A stretch of 64,000 nucleotides of DNA from Octopus bimaculoides (Eukaryota), in NCBI RefSeq assembly GCF_001194135.2, contig NC_068990.1:77823596-77887595 (forward strand), written 5' to 3'. Shown piece after piece: positions 1-10,971 of the stretch. The translations under genes and the position numbers were made by a program. Under the pieces are notes generated by a model, which had not been told where the DNA came from, did not search any database, and saw only the letters and a list, made by a program, of their open reading frames with translations. Every line of letters begins with the position of its first letter. Positions within the stretch are counted from its first letter, which is position 1.

Positions 1-31
<31 letters not shown>

Positions 32-550
32 AATATATTTTTATTGATATCGAGCAGAAGCAACGGAGTGACTCAAGGGCCAGGCATTAGCACTAATCAA
101 ACATTTGACAAATGCTAACGCACGAAACACTGTCTGTGTGTCACTGTTGCTTCTTCTAAATATCAATGTTTGTGTGTGTGTGTGTATCAAAATAAGCAAT
201 AGGATACCAAGAGGTGATGCAGTACGGCCGTTTCAAGCGACTCCATTTAATTGAACAATGCAATCATTACATCAATTTAAATACAGGGCTATCCTCAGCT
301 GCATAAATATATAGAATTTTTTTTTATGAGTTGGAACCATTAATATAATTTTACTCAAGTCATCTAATAGAGCAAGAATGTTGAAAATTGGAATATATAC
401 ACAGTTTATCTATTCTGGTTATAATATCATTTTTAGTAATCTTAAATTTTATCTTCATACAACATAACGATATTGTTTATATACAATCATCCATTGCACC
501 CCATGATAATTTCCTCTGTATTAACATCATAGGTTTTATTATGTATGTGG

Positions 551-552
<2 letters not shown>

Positions 553-591
<39 letters not shown>

Positions 592-950
592 TAAGAACAA
601 AGGGCTTCCGTTTACCAAATTCCGATTTACCAAATTCACTCAGAATGTATTCGCCGTACGAGCGGAAAGGCGATAGTAGAAAAACAAATGCTGCTCAAGG
701 TACCGTGTATTAAGACTGAACCCCAAACGACGTTGTCGGAGAGCGAACTTCTTAATCACATAGTTATACCTGTCTAATGGTAAGATTCGTTCACCGAGAC
801 GAAATCCAAAATCAAGAGGCCATGTTCATTTATACTGAAGTGTAAACGAATGTGCTAAGAATTGATGTACAAATTGTTACATGTGTGTGTGAGTGTGTGT
901 GTGTGTATGCGTATGTGTGTATATATATGTATTTTTATATATATATATAC

Positions 951-1008
<58 letters not shown>

Positions 1009-1050
1009 ATGTATACACACACACACACACACACACACACAACCACACAT
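553..1050. repeat. Microsatellite cluster (GT)n/(TA)n/(TATG)n/(CA)n with an intervening degenerate SINE-A fragment (about 600-775, minus)
   Basis: Direct reading; 600-775 resembles the reverse complement of the SINE-A head. Confidence 0.8.
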
Positions 1051-1199
1051 ACCTGTCCAAGCAATCTGTCTCTTTATATTTTGATCTGGCCTCTATATTT
1101 TGTCAGTAAAGTATAAAGTACAGTTTGCATCTGTATGTTATCAAATCAATGAAGTAACTCTGCAATCGCTTTCTCCTCTCTGACAGTTTATCAGCCTTT

Positions 1200-1490
1200 C
1201 TGTGTGTGTGTGTGTGTGTGTCTATCTATCTATCTATCTATCTGTCTGTCTATCTATCCGTTTGTTTGTCTGTCTCCCTGTCAGTATATGTACCTATTTA
1301 TCTGAAAGTTTATGTTTAAAGAAAATGATTGATTACTTAGTCTGTCTCTTTTATCCTACTTCTCTTAATTTCTTCTTTCTCTCTCTCCCTCTCTCTCTCT
1401 CTGTCTCTGTCTGTCTCTCTCTCGGTCTCTCTCTCTCTCTCTGTCTCTCTCTCTCTCTCTCTCTGTCCCTCTCTCTCTATCTCTTCTCTC
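1200..1490. repeat. (TG)n/(TCTA)n/(CT)n microsatellites
   Basis: Direct reading. Confidence 0.9.
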
Positions 1491-1509
1491 TAGCAACAAC
1501 AATAACAAT

Positions 1510-1633
1510 AATAATGGTTTCACATTTTGGTACAAGGTCAACAATTTCGGGTGAGGTGGTAAGTCGATTACATCGACCCCAGTGTTCAACTGGTACTTAT
1601 TTTATCGACCCCCACCCCTGAAAGGATGAAAGA
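1510..1633 (-). mobile_element. SINE family B, 3' part
   Basis: Reverse complement matches ...ttcatcctttc.ggggtcgataaaataagtaccag... shared with the copies at 7108, 26288 and 63487. Confidence 0.75.
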
Positions 1634-2396
1634 AAAATAACAATATTGAGATTCTTTATGTATATAACCCCTTCATGCATATAATCTCATTTCCTATGAC
1701 CTCAGTTTCTCCCATATCTTGTGAGTGAAAGTTTTTCGATGGAAATTGTACAGAATCCTTTGGAACTGTTTATATGTGCAATTCAGAAGTACAGCTTTGT
1801 CAAAGACCTTAACAAATTGATTCTACCGAGAATTACGCAAAGAATAGATATTAATTCATTGAACATGTAATTCAAATGATTCAACACGTGGATCTTACCA
1901 TCGAAGATCTATCAACGTGTGTGTATATGTGTGCGTACGTGCGTGCGTGTGTGTGTGCGCGTGGTGCATGTGTGCGGGTGTGAGGGGCGTGTGTGTGTGC
2001 GCGCGTGGTGCATGTGTGTGTGTGTATGTTTTGATAAAAAGACAGAAAGATAAGATGGATCGATAAGATAGAGTTTAACTTTGTGTTGATATTAGAAATC
2101 AATATTAAATAAAAACTAAGAATGGTGGTAAACACAAATGATTGATAATCAAAATCTCATACATACATACATACATACATACATACATACATACATACAC
2201 ACGCACACACATACACACACACACGCATATATATATATATATATACATATAAATATGTATGTATGTATGCATGTATGTATTAGAAAGAGAGAATGAACAT
2301 GCATATCATGTCGGATTACTTTAGAACATATAATTTATAATTCAAGCATAATTGCAGAGTTGTTAGAGTAAATAAAGGATTAAGAAATAATGCATA

Positions 2397-2458
2397 GAGT
2401 CTTTTACAGCTGTTTCTAAAATAGCTTTACATATGGTGCATTTTTCATTCAGCAAAGA
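2397..2458 (-). ncRNA. Degenerate type I hammerhead ribozyme motif in a probable Penelope-like pLTR relic
   Basis: Minus strand reads tcttt-g-CTGAATGA-aaaat...atttt-a-GAAA-CAGCTG-TA-aaaga; perfect palindrome ACAGCTGT as helix III; one extra core base and imperfect stems. Confidence 0.45.
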
Positions 2459-2799
2459 TTTCCATATAAAAGCCAATTCAGACAGGAAGGATTAAAAATT
2501 ATATACATAATAAAGCGTATTAGTAGTTACCAGTTCTATCGTCGAAGAATTAAAGAATATCCTCAGTAGAAGATATTAGTAGTTACCAGTTCCACGTGCT
2601 CAGATCCTGGAGATTGCTTGGAGACACAAGGCACGCTATAAAAACCTGCCTAGCGACATGCCTTCATAACAAGAAATTATTTGCAGCTTTTATCTTTATG
2701 CAGTATACATTTAATGATATTTAGAGTCCTGGATACAGTCACAGGATAGAGTCCTTTTTTTTGTTGTTGTTGATCTTTCATTAACAGGTCTTACATTGT

Positions 2800-2966
2800 G
2801 GACGCAGGAATGGCTCTGTGGTAAGTAGCTTGCTTATCAACCATATGGTTCCGGGTTTAGTCCCACTGCGTGGCACATTGGGCAAGTGTCTTCTACTATA
2901 ACCTCGGGCCGACCAAAGCCTTGTGAGTGGATTTGGTAGACGGAAACTGAAAGTCCGTCGTATATA

Positions 2967-2999
<33 letters not shown>
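2800..2999 (+). mobile_element. SINE family A (tRNA-derived head), 5' half, truncated by gap
   Basis: gcaggaatggctctgtggtaagtagcttgc...gggcaagtgtcttctactata...gtgagtggatttggtagacggaaactg, near-identical to 63718-64000. Confidence 0.9.
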
Positions 3000-3962
3000 N
3001 NNNNNNNNNNNNNNNNNNNNNNNNNNNNNNNNNNNNNNNNNNNNNNNNNNNNNNNNNNNNNNNNNNNNNNNNNNNNNNNNNNNNNNNNNNNNNNNNNNNN
3101 NNNNNNNNNNNNNNNNNNNNNNNNNNNNNNNNNNNNNNNNNNNNNNNNNNNNNNNNNNNNNNNNNNNNNNNNNNNNNNNNNNNNNNNNNNNNNNNNNNNN
3201 NNNNNNNNNNNNNNNNNNNNNNNNNNNNNNNNNNNNNNNNNNNNNNNNNNNNNNNNNNNNNNNNNNNNNNNNNNNNNNNNNNNNNNNNNNNNNNNNNNNN
3301 NNNNNNNNNNNNNNNNNNNNNNNNNNNNNNNNNNNNNNNNNNNNNNNNNNNNNNNNNNNNNNNNNNNNNNNNNNNNNNNNNNNNNNNNNNNNNNNNNNNN
3401 NNNNNNNNNNNNNNNNNNNNNNNNNNNNNNNNNNNNNNNNNNNNNNNNNNNNNNNNNNNNNNNNNNNNNNNNNNNNNNNNNNNNNNNNNNNNNNNNNNNN
3501 NNNNNNNNNNNNNNNNNNNNNNNNNNNNNNNNNNNNNNNNNNNNNNNNNNNNNNNNNNNNNNNNNNNNNNNNNNNNNNNNNNNNNNNNNNNNNNNNNNNN
3601 NNNNNNNNNNNNNNNNNNNNNNNNNNNNNNNNNNNNNNNNNNNNNNNNNNNNNNNNNNNNNNNNNNNNNNNNNNNNNNNNNNNNNNNNNNNNNNNNNNNN
3701 NNNNNNNNNNNNNNNNNNNNNNNNNNNNNNNNNNNNNNNNNNNNNNNNNNNNNNNNNNNNNNNNNNNNNNNNNNNNNNNNNNNNNNNNNNNNNNNNNNNN
3801 NNNNNNNNNNNNNNNNNNNNNNNNNNNNNNNNNNNNNNNNNNNNNNNNNNNNNNNNNNNNNNNNNNNNNNNNNNNNNNNNNNNNNNNNNNNNNNNNNNNN
3901 NNNNNNNNNNNNNNNNNNNNNNNNNNNNNNNNNNNNATTAAAAAAAATCCGAAGATTAAAAT

Positions 3963-4173
3963 TATATTACATACAAAAATAAGAGGAATGACCAGCAAAA
4001 GTGGACTCCTATATGCTAGAAATAGATGCCGAATCATCTAACGAAAAAATATGTTCTCAGTAAAAAGTTAGCGACACAACAGACTGTAAAAGGGCAAGAC
4101 AAATGAAAAAATACTAAAATACTATAGGAGTCCACTTTTGCTGGTCATTCCTCTTATTTTTGTATGTAATATA
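3963..4173. mobile_element. 211-bp element with perfect 51-bp terminal inverted repeats (MITE-like or inverted pLTR; class unresolved)
   Basis: 3963-4013 is the exact reverse complement of 4123-4173. Confidence 0.75.
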
Positions 4174-4353
4174 TATATATACATATATACGACAGGCTTC
4201 TTTCAATTTCCGTCTACCAAATCCACTCACAAGGCTTTGGTCGGCCCGAGGCTATAGTAGAAGACACTTGCCCAAGATGCCACGCAGTGGGAATGAACCC
4301 AGAACCATGTGGTTGGTAAGCAAGCTACTTACCACACAGCCTACTCCTGCGCC
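4174..4353 (-). mobile_element. SINE family A, 5' half
   Basis: Reverse complement of the family A head, ending ...cacacagcctactcctgcgcc. Confidence 0.9.
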
Positions 4354-4533
4354 TAATATTTAATATATAATTATAAAAATATAATGGGGGTGGTTTAAGC
4401 ATTGAATGGCCATGTTGGTCCATCCGACTAAAATAGAGATCAAAGGGACCCATAGGGGAAAATTTAGTGGGGAGCCGTTGGCTTGAACAGCAGCAACAGC
4501 CATTACTAAGCTGAGTAAAAAGTGGCGTCGTTG

Positions 4534-4547
4534 GTTGCTATGACAAC
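4534..4547. promoter_or_regulatory. RFX X-box-like motif GTTGCTATGACAAC
   Basis: 12/14 match to the palindromic X-box GTTGCCATGGCAAC, in non-repeat-looking sequence. Confidence 0.3.
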
Positions 4548-4969
4548 TAATCTGTCTCTCAAAAACTGTTCACTCGCAGTTGTAGTTTATTTCACTGGCC
4601 GTGTGAGTGACTGGATACTAAGTGAAGCGCACGCCCATACTACACACACACACACACACATACGCGCGCTCTCATACACATTCATACACATACATACCCA
4701 CAATACTGCATTGAAATACACGCATGTTTACATACATGCAATTACAGTCGCAAGGATACACATCGGCACTCTTTCTCTCTCATTCACTCACCCACAGGCG
4801 CATGCACACACACACACACACACACACACACCAGTACAGTCTTACGTAGCAATCATTCAAATATGCCTACACAAACACACGGCTATACATGTACACGCAA
4901 AGCTACACGTACACATACATATACTTACGCACAAATATACACACAAACTTGTGCGCATACACACACACT

Positions 4970-5001
<32 letters not shown>

Positions 5002-5240
5002 AACGAACACGCACGCATGCACGTGCACAAGGGTTGTAACTTGTTGCTGTTTAGCCCAAGGTCATCTCTAATCGAGCACGATGACAATCAAAGGCCGTCC
5101 CAGCCGTGACCATCTCCGTTTTTCGTCAGAGGCATTGTAATTAGAACTTCAATAACTCATGTCTTTTCTATCTCTAAAATAACAGGGTGTGGTTTCAGGG
5201 AACTGTAGGTGATGTTTCGTGAAGGCCAAATGACTATATA

Positions 5241-5325
5241 CAGGGTGTCCACAAAGTCTGGGTACATGATGTATATAAAATCATGACATAAGCAATTAAA
5301 TATAAGAAATAATAATTTCTTAAAG
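5241..5325 (+). mobile_element. Tc1/mariner-type element end (TA-CAGGGTGTCCACAAAG...), interrupted by a hAT MITE
   Basis: TA followed by a CAGGGTG terminus like those at 44958 and 49491/49519. Confidence 0.55.
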
Positions 5326-5441
5326 CAGTGGCTTTCAAACTGTGGTCCGCGGACCACAGGGGGTCCGCAAGGACAAGACAGGGGGTTCGTGGACAGCAAA
5401 TACTTTTTATGGGCAATTTGATTTTATATGTTTTTTAATCG
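5326..5441 (-). mobile_element. hAT MITE (same family as 9104-9381), truncated by gap
   Basis: TIR CAGTGGCTTTCAAACT preceded by tctTAaag; body is the reverse complement of 24400-24532. Confidence 0.85.
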
Positions 5442-6349
5442 NNNNNNNNNNNNNNNNNNNNNNNNNNNNNNNNNNNNNNNNNNNNNNNNNNNNNNNNNNN
5501 NNNNNNNNNNNNNNNNNNNNNNNNNNNNNNNNNNNNNNNNNNNNNNNNNNNNNNNNNNNNNNNNNNNNNNNNNNNNNNNNNNNNNNNNNNNNNNNNNNNN
5601 NNNNNNNNNNNNNNNNNNNNNNNNNNNNNNNNNNNNNNNNNNNNNNNNNNNNNNNNNNNNNNNNNNNNNNNNNNNNNNNNNNNNNNNNNNNNNNNNNNNN
5701 NNNNNNNNNNNNNNNNNNNNNNNNNNNNNNNNNNNNNNNNNNNNNNNNNNNNNNNNNNNNNNNNNNNNNNNNNNNNNNNNNNNNNNNNNNNNNNNNNNNN
5801 NNNNNNNNNNNNNNNNNNNNNNNNNNNNNNNNNNNNNNNNNNNNNNNNNNNNNNNNNNNNNNNNNNNNNNNNNNNNNNNNNNNNNNNNNNNNNNNNNNNN
5901 NNNNNNNNNNNNNNNNNNNNNNNNNNNNNNNNNNNNNNNNNNNNNNNNNNNNNNNNNNNNNNNNNNNNNNNNNNNNNNNNNNNNNNNNNNNNNNNNNNNN
6001 NNNNNNNNNNNNNNNNNNNNNNNNNNNNNNNNNNNNNNNNNNNNNNNNNNNNNNNNNNNNNNNNNNNNNNNNNNNNNNNNNNNNNNNNNNNNNNNNNNNN
6101 NNNNNNNNNNNNNNNNNNNNNNNNNNNNNNNNNNNNNNNNNNNNNNNNNNNNNNNNNNNNNNNNNNNNNNNNNNNNNNNNNNNNNNNNNNNNNNNNNNNN
6201 NNNNNNNNNNNNNNNNNNNNNNNNNNNNNNNNNNNNNNNNNNNNNNNNNNNNNNNNNNNNNNNNNNNNNNNNNNNNNNNNNNNNNNNNNNNNNNNNNNNN
6301 NNNNNNNNNNNNNNNNNNNNNNNNNNNNNNNNNNNNNNNNNNNNNNNNN

Positions 6350-6515
6350 TGGCGATTTTTTCTTCCTCCGTTTTTCCCTTCTTTGAACTTTCCTTGTTTC
6401 CGACGAAGAGCTCCGCTCGAAACGTCATACTCTCTCTCTCTTTCCTTTCCCGAGCGTCTAGTAACACAATCTGTATCACATCCTCACGTTGTTGTTTTTT
6501 GTTATTGTTTTTTTT
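6350..6515 (+). mobile_element. Probable Penelope-like pLTR fragment containing a minimal hammerhead variant
   Basis: ccgacgaagagctccgctcgaaacgtc at 6400-6426 within a pyrimidine-rich pLTR-like context. Confidence 0.55.
6397..6430 (+). ncRNA. Minimal hammerhead ribozyme variant (CCGACGA core, loopless ACGU helix III, GUC site)
   Basis: Core 6400-6406, extra A 6407, stem II gagc/gctc, GAAA 6419-6422, ACGT palindrome, GUC; U4 is C and stem I is only 3/4 paired. Confidence 0.5.
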
Positions 6516-6519
6516 TAAC

Positions 6520-6550
<31 letters not shown>

Positions 6551-6723
6551 CATACATACATACATACATACATACATACATACAAAAATACCATGTTGAT
6601 GTCAAAATTCCATTGAACATGCCATGGATCTTTTTTTGGGCTATTGAAATAAAACTGAATAATTACATACGTACATATATACATACAGACAGGCAAATAG
6701 AAAGATCAGACAGATGGATACAT

Positions 6724-6756
<33 letters not shown>

Positions 6757-7107
6757 TACACACACACATACATACATACATACATACATATGTACATGTG
6801 TATGAATACATTCGTATATAATTGTTTAATATCTGCCGCTTGCTAACGGCAAGATGGTTGGATTTTAAAGTTAAATTGTTTGTTCATTTAAAATACTAGC
6901 TTTAATATAAAATATATTCAGTTTAAATGTTAAGAGTCTTCTGTTAAAGAATCAGAAAGTTATTAATTTCACTTCTATTCTCGTTTTCAAGAAAATAGAG
7001 GTTATAATTAGTGACTTTTTAATTTCAGCATTCTAATCACATGTCTGTATTGATTGTCTTTCTGAGCGAAGGCTTAGTAAATAATCTTTTAATATTTTTT
7101 CACCAAA

Positions 7108-7461
7108 GAAGGCGGTGAGCGGACAGAAATGCTTAGCGGTATTTCGTCTGTCTTTACGTTCTGAGTTCAAATTCCGCCGAGGTCAACTTTACTTTTCATC
7201 CTTTCGGGGTCGATAAATTAAGCACTAGTTGCGTACTGGAGTCGATGTAATCGGCTTAATCCATTTGTCTTGTCCTTGTTTGTCCCTTCTATGTTTAGCG
7301 CTTGTGGGCAATAAAGAAATAAGAAATGTTAGCACGCCGGACGAAATGTTTAGCGGTATTTCCTGTCTTTACGTTCCGAGTTCAAATTCCACCAAGGTCG
7401 ACTTTGCTTTTCATCCTTTCGGGGTCGATAAATTAAGCACTAGTTGCGTACTGGAGTCGAT
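7108..7461 (+). mobile_element. Two tandem SINE family B copies
   Basis: aaggcggtgag...gttctgagttcaaattccgccgaggtc...ggggtcgataaattaag repeated at about 7108-7318 and 7327-7461. Confidence 0.9.
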
Positions 7462-7789
7462 NNNNNNNNNNNNNNNNNNNNNNNNNNNNNNNNNNNNNNN
7501 NNNNNNNNNNNNNNNNNNNNNNNNNNNNNNNNNNNNNNNNNNNNNNNNNNNNNNNNNNNNNNNNNNNNNNNNNNNNNNNNNNNNNNNNNNNNNNNNNNNN
7601 NNNNNNNNNNNNNNNNNNNNNNNNNNNNNNNNNNNNNNNNNNNNNNNNNNNNNNNNNNNNNNNNNNNNNNNNNNNNNNNNNNNNNNNNNNNNNNNNNNNN
7701 NNNNNNNNNNNNNNNNNNNNNNNNNNNNNNNNNNNNNNNNNNNNNNNNNNNNNNNNNNNNNNNNNNNNNNNNNNNNNNNNNNNNNNNNN

Positions 7790-8127
7790 ATCAACGGAAC
7801 AGCCTGCTCATGAAATTAACGTGCAAGTGGCTGAGCACTCCACAGACACGTGTACCCTTAACGTAGTCCTCGGGAGAGATTCAGCGTGACACAGAGTGTG
7901 AGAAGGCTGGCCCTTTGAAATACAGGTACAACAGAAACGGGAAGATAGAGTGAGAGAAAGTTGTGGTGAAAGAGTACAGCAAGGTTCACCACCAGCCCCT
8001 GCCGGAGCCTCGTGGAGCTTTAGGTGTTTTCGCTCAATAAACACTCACAACGCCCGGTCTGGGAATCGAAACCGCGATCCTACGACCGCGACTCCGCTGC
8101 CCTAACCACTGGGCCATTGCACCTCCA
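7790..8127 (-). mobile_element. SINE family D (tRNA-like head with A and B boxes)
   Basis: Minus-strand head tggcccagtggttagggcagcg...ggtttcgattcccagacc; about 90% similar by eye to 31166-31545. Confidence 0.9.
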
Positions 8128-8715
8128 CCATATGACGAGTATGTCCACCATATCAACATAACATTTTAGTGATATATCTTAGCCAAAACTTTCTCATAGA
8201 AGTGGATGTTCAATTTCAGTGAATAATTTTTATTCGCGATAAGGAAATAAAGAACGTTTTTATGGGGGTTTTTTTCTGTTTTTCTTTTTTTTTTTTTTTT
8301 CAAAATTGTTTATGTTAACACGTATTTAAGTGAAAATCATATCTAGCTTACAAACAACAGAATTGATTGGTTTACTTACTGAAGGAATTTTGTAAAATAG
8401 TTTACTTACCTCAAAAATATTTAGTTTCAAGTGGCAGAAGGAATCGCTTCAATAAATCGAAATAGATTTACAGTAAAATTGACAATTCCACTATCGCTAT
8501 TTTTATTATTTTTTTCTCTTTCTTCGTCTTTGTCTCCCAGTCATCCCATTCATCACATACAATCTCTTGTATTTGAGGATGGGGATGTTTTTCGGTGGTG
8601 GGTGATGGAAAATAAACTTTGACCAAAAATAAAACACAAACTTTAATTTTTCCTTACGTTGCTGGCATGAATTCAGTGAATAAATTAAACAAATTCACAG
8701 TTGTTTTTTTTTTTT

Positions 8716-9402
8716 ACCTCCATCCATCCGTCCATCCATGCATCCATCTTCTCTGTCCTCTATTCCTGGGAGGGTCGCGCTGATCGAGTCCTCAAGCATC
8801 CCCTCAATAGGGTCCTATCAAAAGCAACCGTCATTAGACTTTCCGGCAGGATTCCTAAGTGTTATTGGCTGAGATTATGGATATTATTCAACCATCTCGT
8901 TCTTGATCTACTCCTAAGTTTCCTGCCGGTGGCTCGGCTTGAAGAATCTGTCTTGCGATTCTTTCCTGCTATATTCTAATATGTCCGTAATACCGGAGTT
9001 GCGACCTTTCAATGAAGTGAAGTAGCGCCTCAATTTGGAGAGACTCCTAGATCTCCGGTCTATAGACCCTTTTGACTTCCGTTACTCCGGAGATCCTTTA
9101 GAGCAGGGGTTTTCAAACTTTTTGACTTGCGGACCCCTTTATATTTCAGGCTTTACCTTAGGGACCCCCTTATAAACGCTTATGGAATTTATATATAAAT
9201 ATTTGCTTAAAATAACATATATTTTTACATTTATTTATTTAACAGTATTTAACAAATAGGTTTATTGTCAATTAAAAGTTTTCGATTAAAAACATATATA
9301 AAATCAAATTGCCCATAAAAAGTATTTGCTGTCTACGAACCCCCTGTCTTGTCCTTGCGGACCACAGTTTGAAAACCCCTGCTTTAGAGGAACCCCATTT
9401 CG
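8716..9402 (-). pseudogene. 3' fragment of an RTE-clade LINE (post-RT C-terminus with (TGGA)n tail), interrupted by a hAT MITE
   Basis: Minus translation EMGFL*RISGVT...IERSQLRYYGHIRI*QERIARQILQAEP.../SRSRTRWLNNI...VAFDR with stops and a frameshift; RTE-type motifs. Confidence 0.8.
9104..9381 (+). mobile_element. hAT (Charlie/Buster-like) MITE, complete
   Basis: Perfect TIR CAGGGGTTTTCAAACT/AGTTTGAAAACCCCTG; 8-bp TSD ctttagag at 9096-9103 and 9382-9389. Confidence 0.95.
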
Positions 9403-10381
9403 NNNNNNNNNNNNNNNNNNNNNNNNNNNNNNNNNNNNNNNNNNNNNNNNNNNNNNNNNNNNNNNNNNNNNNNNNNNNNNNNNNNNNNNNNNNNNNNNNN
9501 NNNNNNNNNNNNNNNNNNNNNNNNNNNNNNNNNNNNNNNNNNNNNNNNNNNNNNNNNNNNNNNNNNNNNNNNNNNNNNNNNNNNNNNNNNNNNNNNNNNN
9601 NNNNNNNNNNNNNNNNNNNNNNNNNNNNNNNNNNNNNNNNNNNNNNNNNNNNNNNNNNNNNNNNNNNNNNNNNNNNNNNNNNNNNNNNNNNNNNNNNNNN
9701 NNNNNNNNNNNNNNNNNNNNNNNNNNNNNNNNNNNNNNNNNNNNNNNNNNNNNNNNNNNNNNNNNNNNNNNNNNNNNNNNNNNNNNNNNNNNNNNNNNNN
9801 NNNNNNNNNNNNNNNNNNNNNNNNNNNNNNNNNNNNNNNNNNNNNNNNNNNNNNNNNNNNNNNNNNNNNNNNNNNNNNNNNNNNNNNNNNNNNNNNNNNN
9901 NNNNNNNNNNNNNNNNNNNNNNNNNNNNNNNNNNNNNNNNNNNNNNNNNNNNNNNNNNNNNNNNNNNNNNNNNNNNNNNNNNNNNNNNNNNNNNNNNNNN
10001 NNNNNNNNNNNNNNNNNNNNNNNNNNNNNNNNNNNNNNNNNNNNNNNNNNNNNNNNNNNNNNNNNNNNNNNNNNNNNNNNNNNNNNNNNNNNNNNNNNNN
10101 NNNNNNNNNNNNNNNNNNNNNNNNNNNNNNNNNNNNNNNNNNNNNNNNNNNNNNNNNNNNNNNNNNNNNNNNNNNNNNNNNNNNNNNNNNNNNNNNNNNN
10201 NNNNNNNNNNNNNNNNNNNNNNNNNNNNNNNNNNNNNNNNNNNNNNNNNNNNNNNNNNNNNNNNNNNNNNNNNNNNNNNNNNNNNNNNNNNNNNNNNNNN
10301 NNNNNNNNNNNNNNNNNNNNNNNNNNNNNNNNNNNNNNNNNNNNNNNNNNNNNNNNNNNNNNNNNNNNNNNNNNNNNNNNN

Positions 10382-10412
<31 letters not shown>

Positions 10413-10577
10413 TATACATAAATGTGAGTGCGTGCCTCTGTGTGTATGTGTGTGTGTGTGTGTGTGTGCATGTGTGTGTGTTAATGTTTGTTTTTATGTT
10501 CAGTTATGATAAAATCAATTTTACATTAATCTGATGGGTTTACTCTATACTCTGGTAGAATACACATTTATTGTTCT

Positions 10578-10669
10578 TAAACAAGAATACTATTGACAGT
10601 GACTTCGAAGTTTGGCCAGTTAAGTCATGACCGAAACTTCGAAGTCACTGTCAACAGTATTCTTGTTTA
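10578..10669. repeat. ~92-nt near-perfect hairpin (about 40-bp arms, 2 mismatches and 1 indel)
   Basis: aaacaagaatactattgacagtgacttcgaagttt-ggcca versus its reverse complement at 10628-10668. Confidence 0.9.
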
Positions 10670-10740
10670 TAACTATATATAGTTATATATGTGAGCATTT
10701 TATATAAACATATATACGTGCATATATATATATATATATG

Positions 10741-10804
<64 letters not shown>

Positions 10805-10914
10805 CATGTGTATATATGTGTAGGTGTGGGTGTGGGTGCGTAGTTATACATGTATTCATATATGTATATAGCTTACTAACTTCCTACACCTGGAGCCTTA
10901 GATCTTACAATTAT

Positions 10915-10945
<31 letters not shown>

Positions 10946-10971
10946 CATATATATGTATGTATGTATGTAAA

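Noticed and set aside
196-316. Short open frame YQEVMQYGRFKRLHLIEQCNHY...
   Set aside because: Poor acceptor, short and unrecognised.
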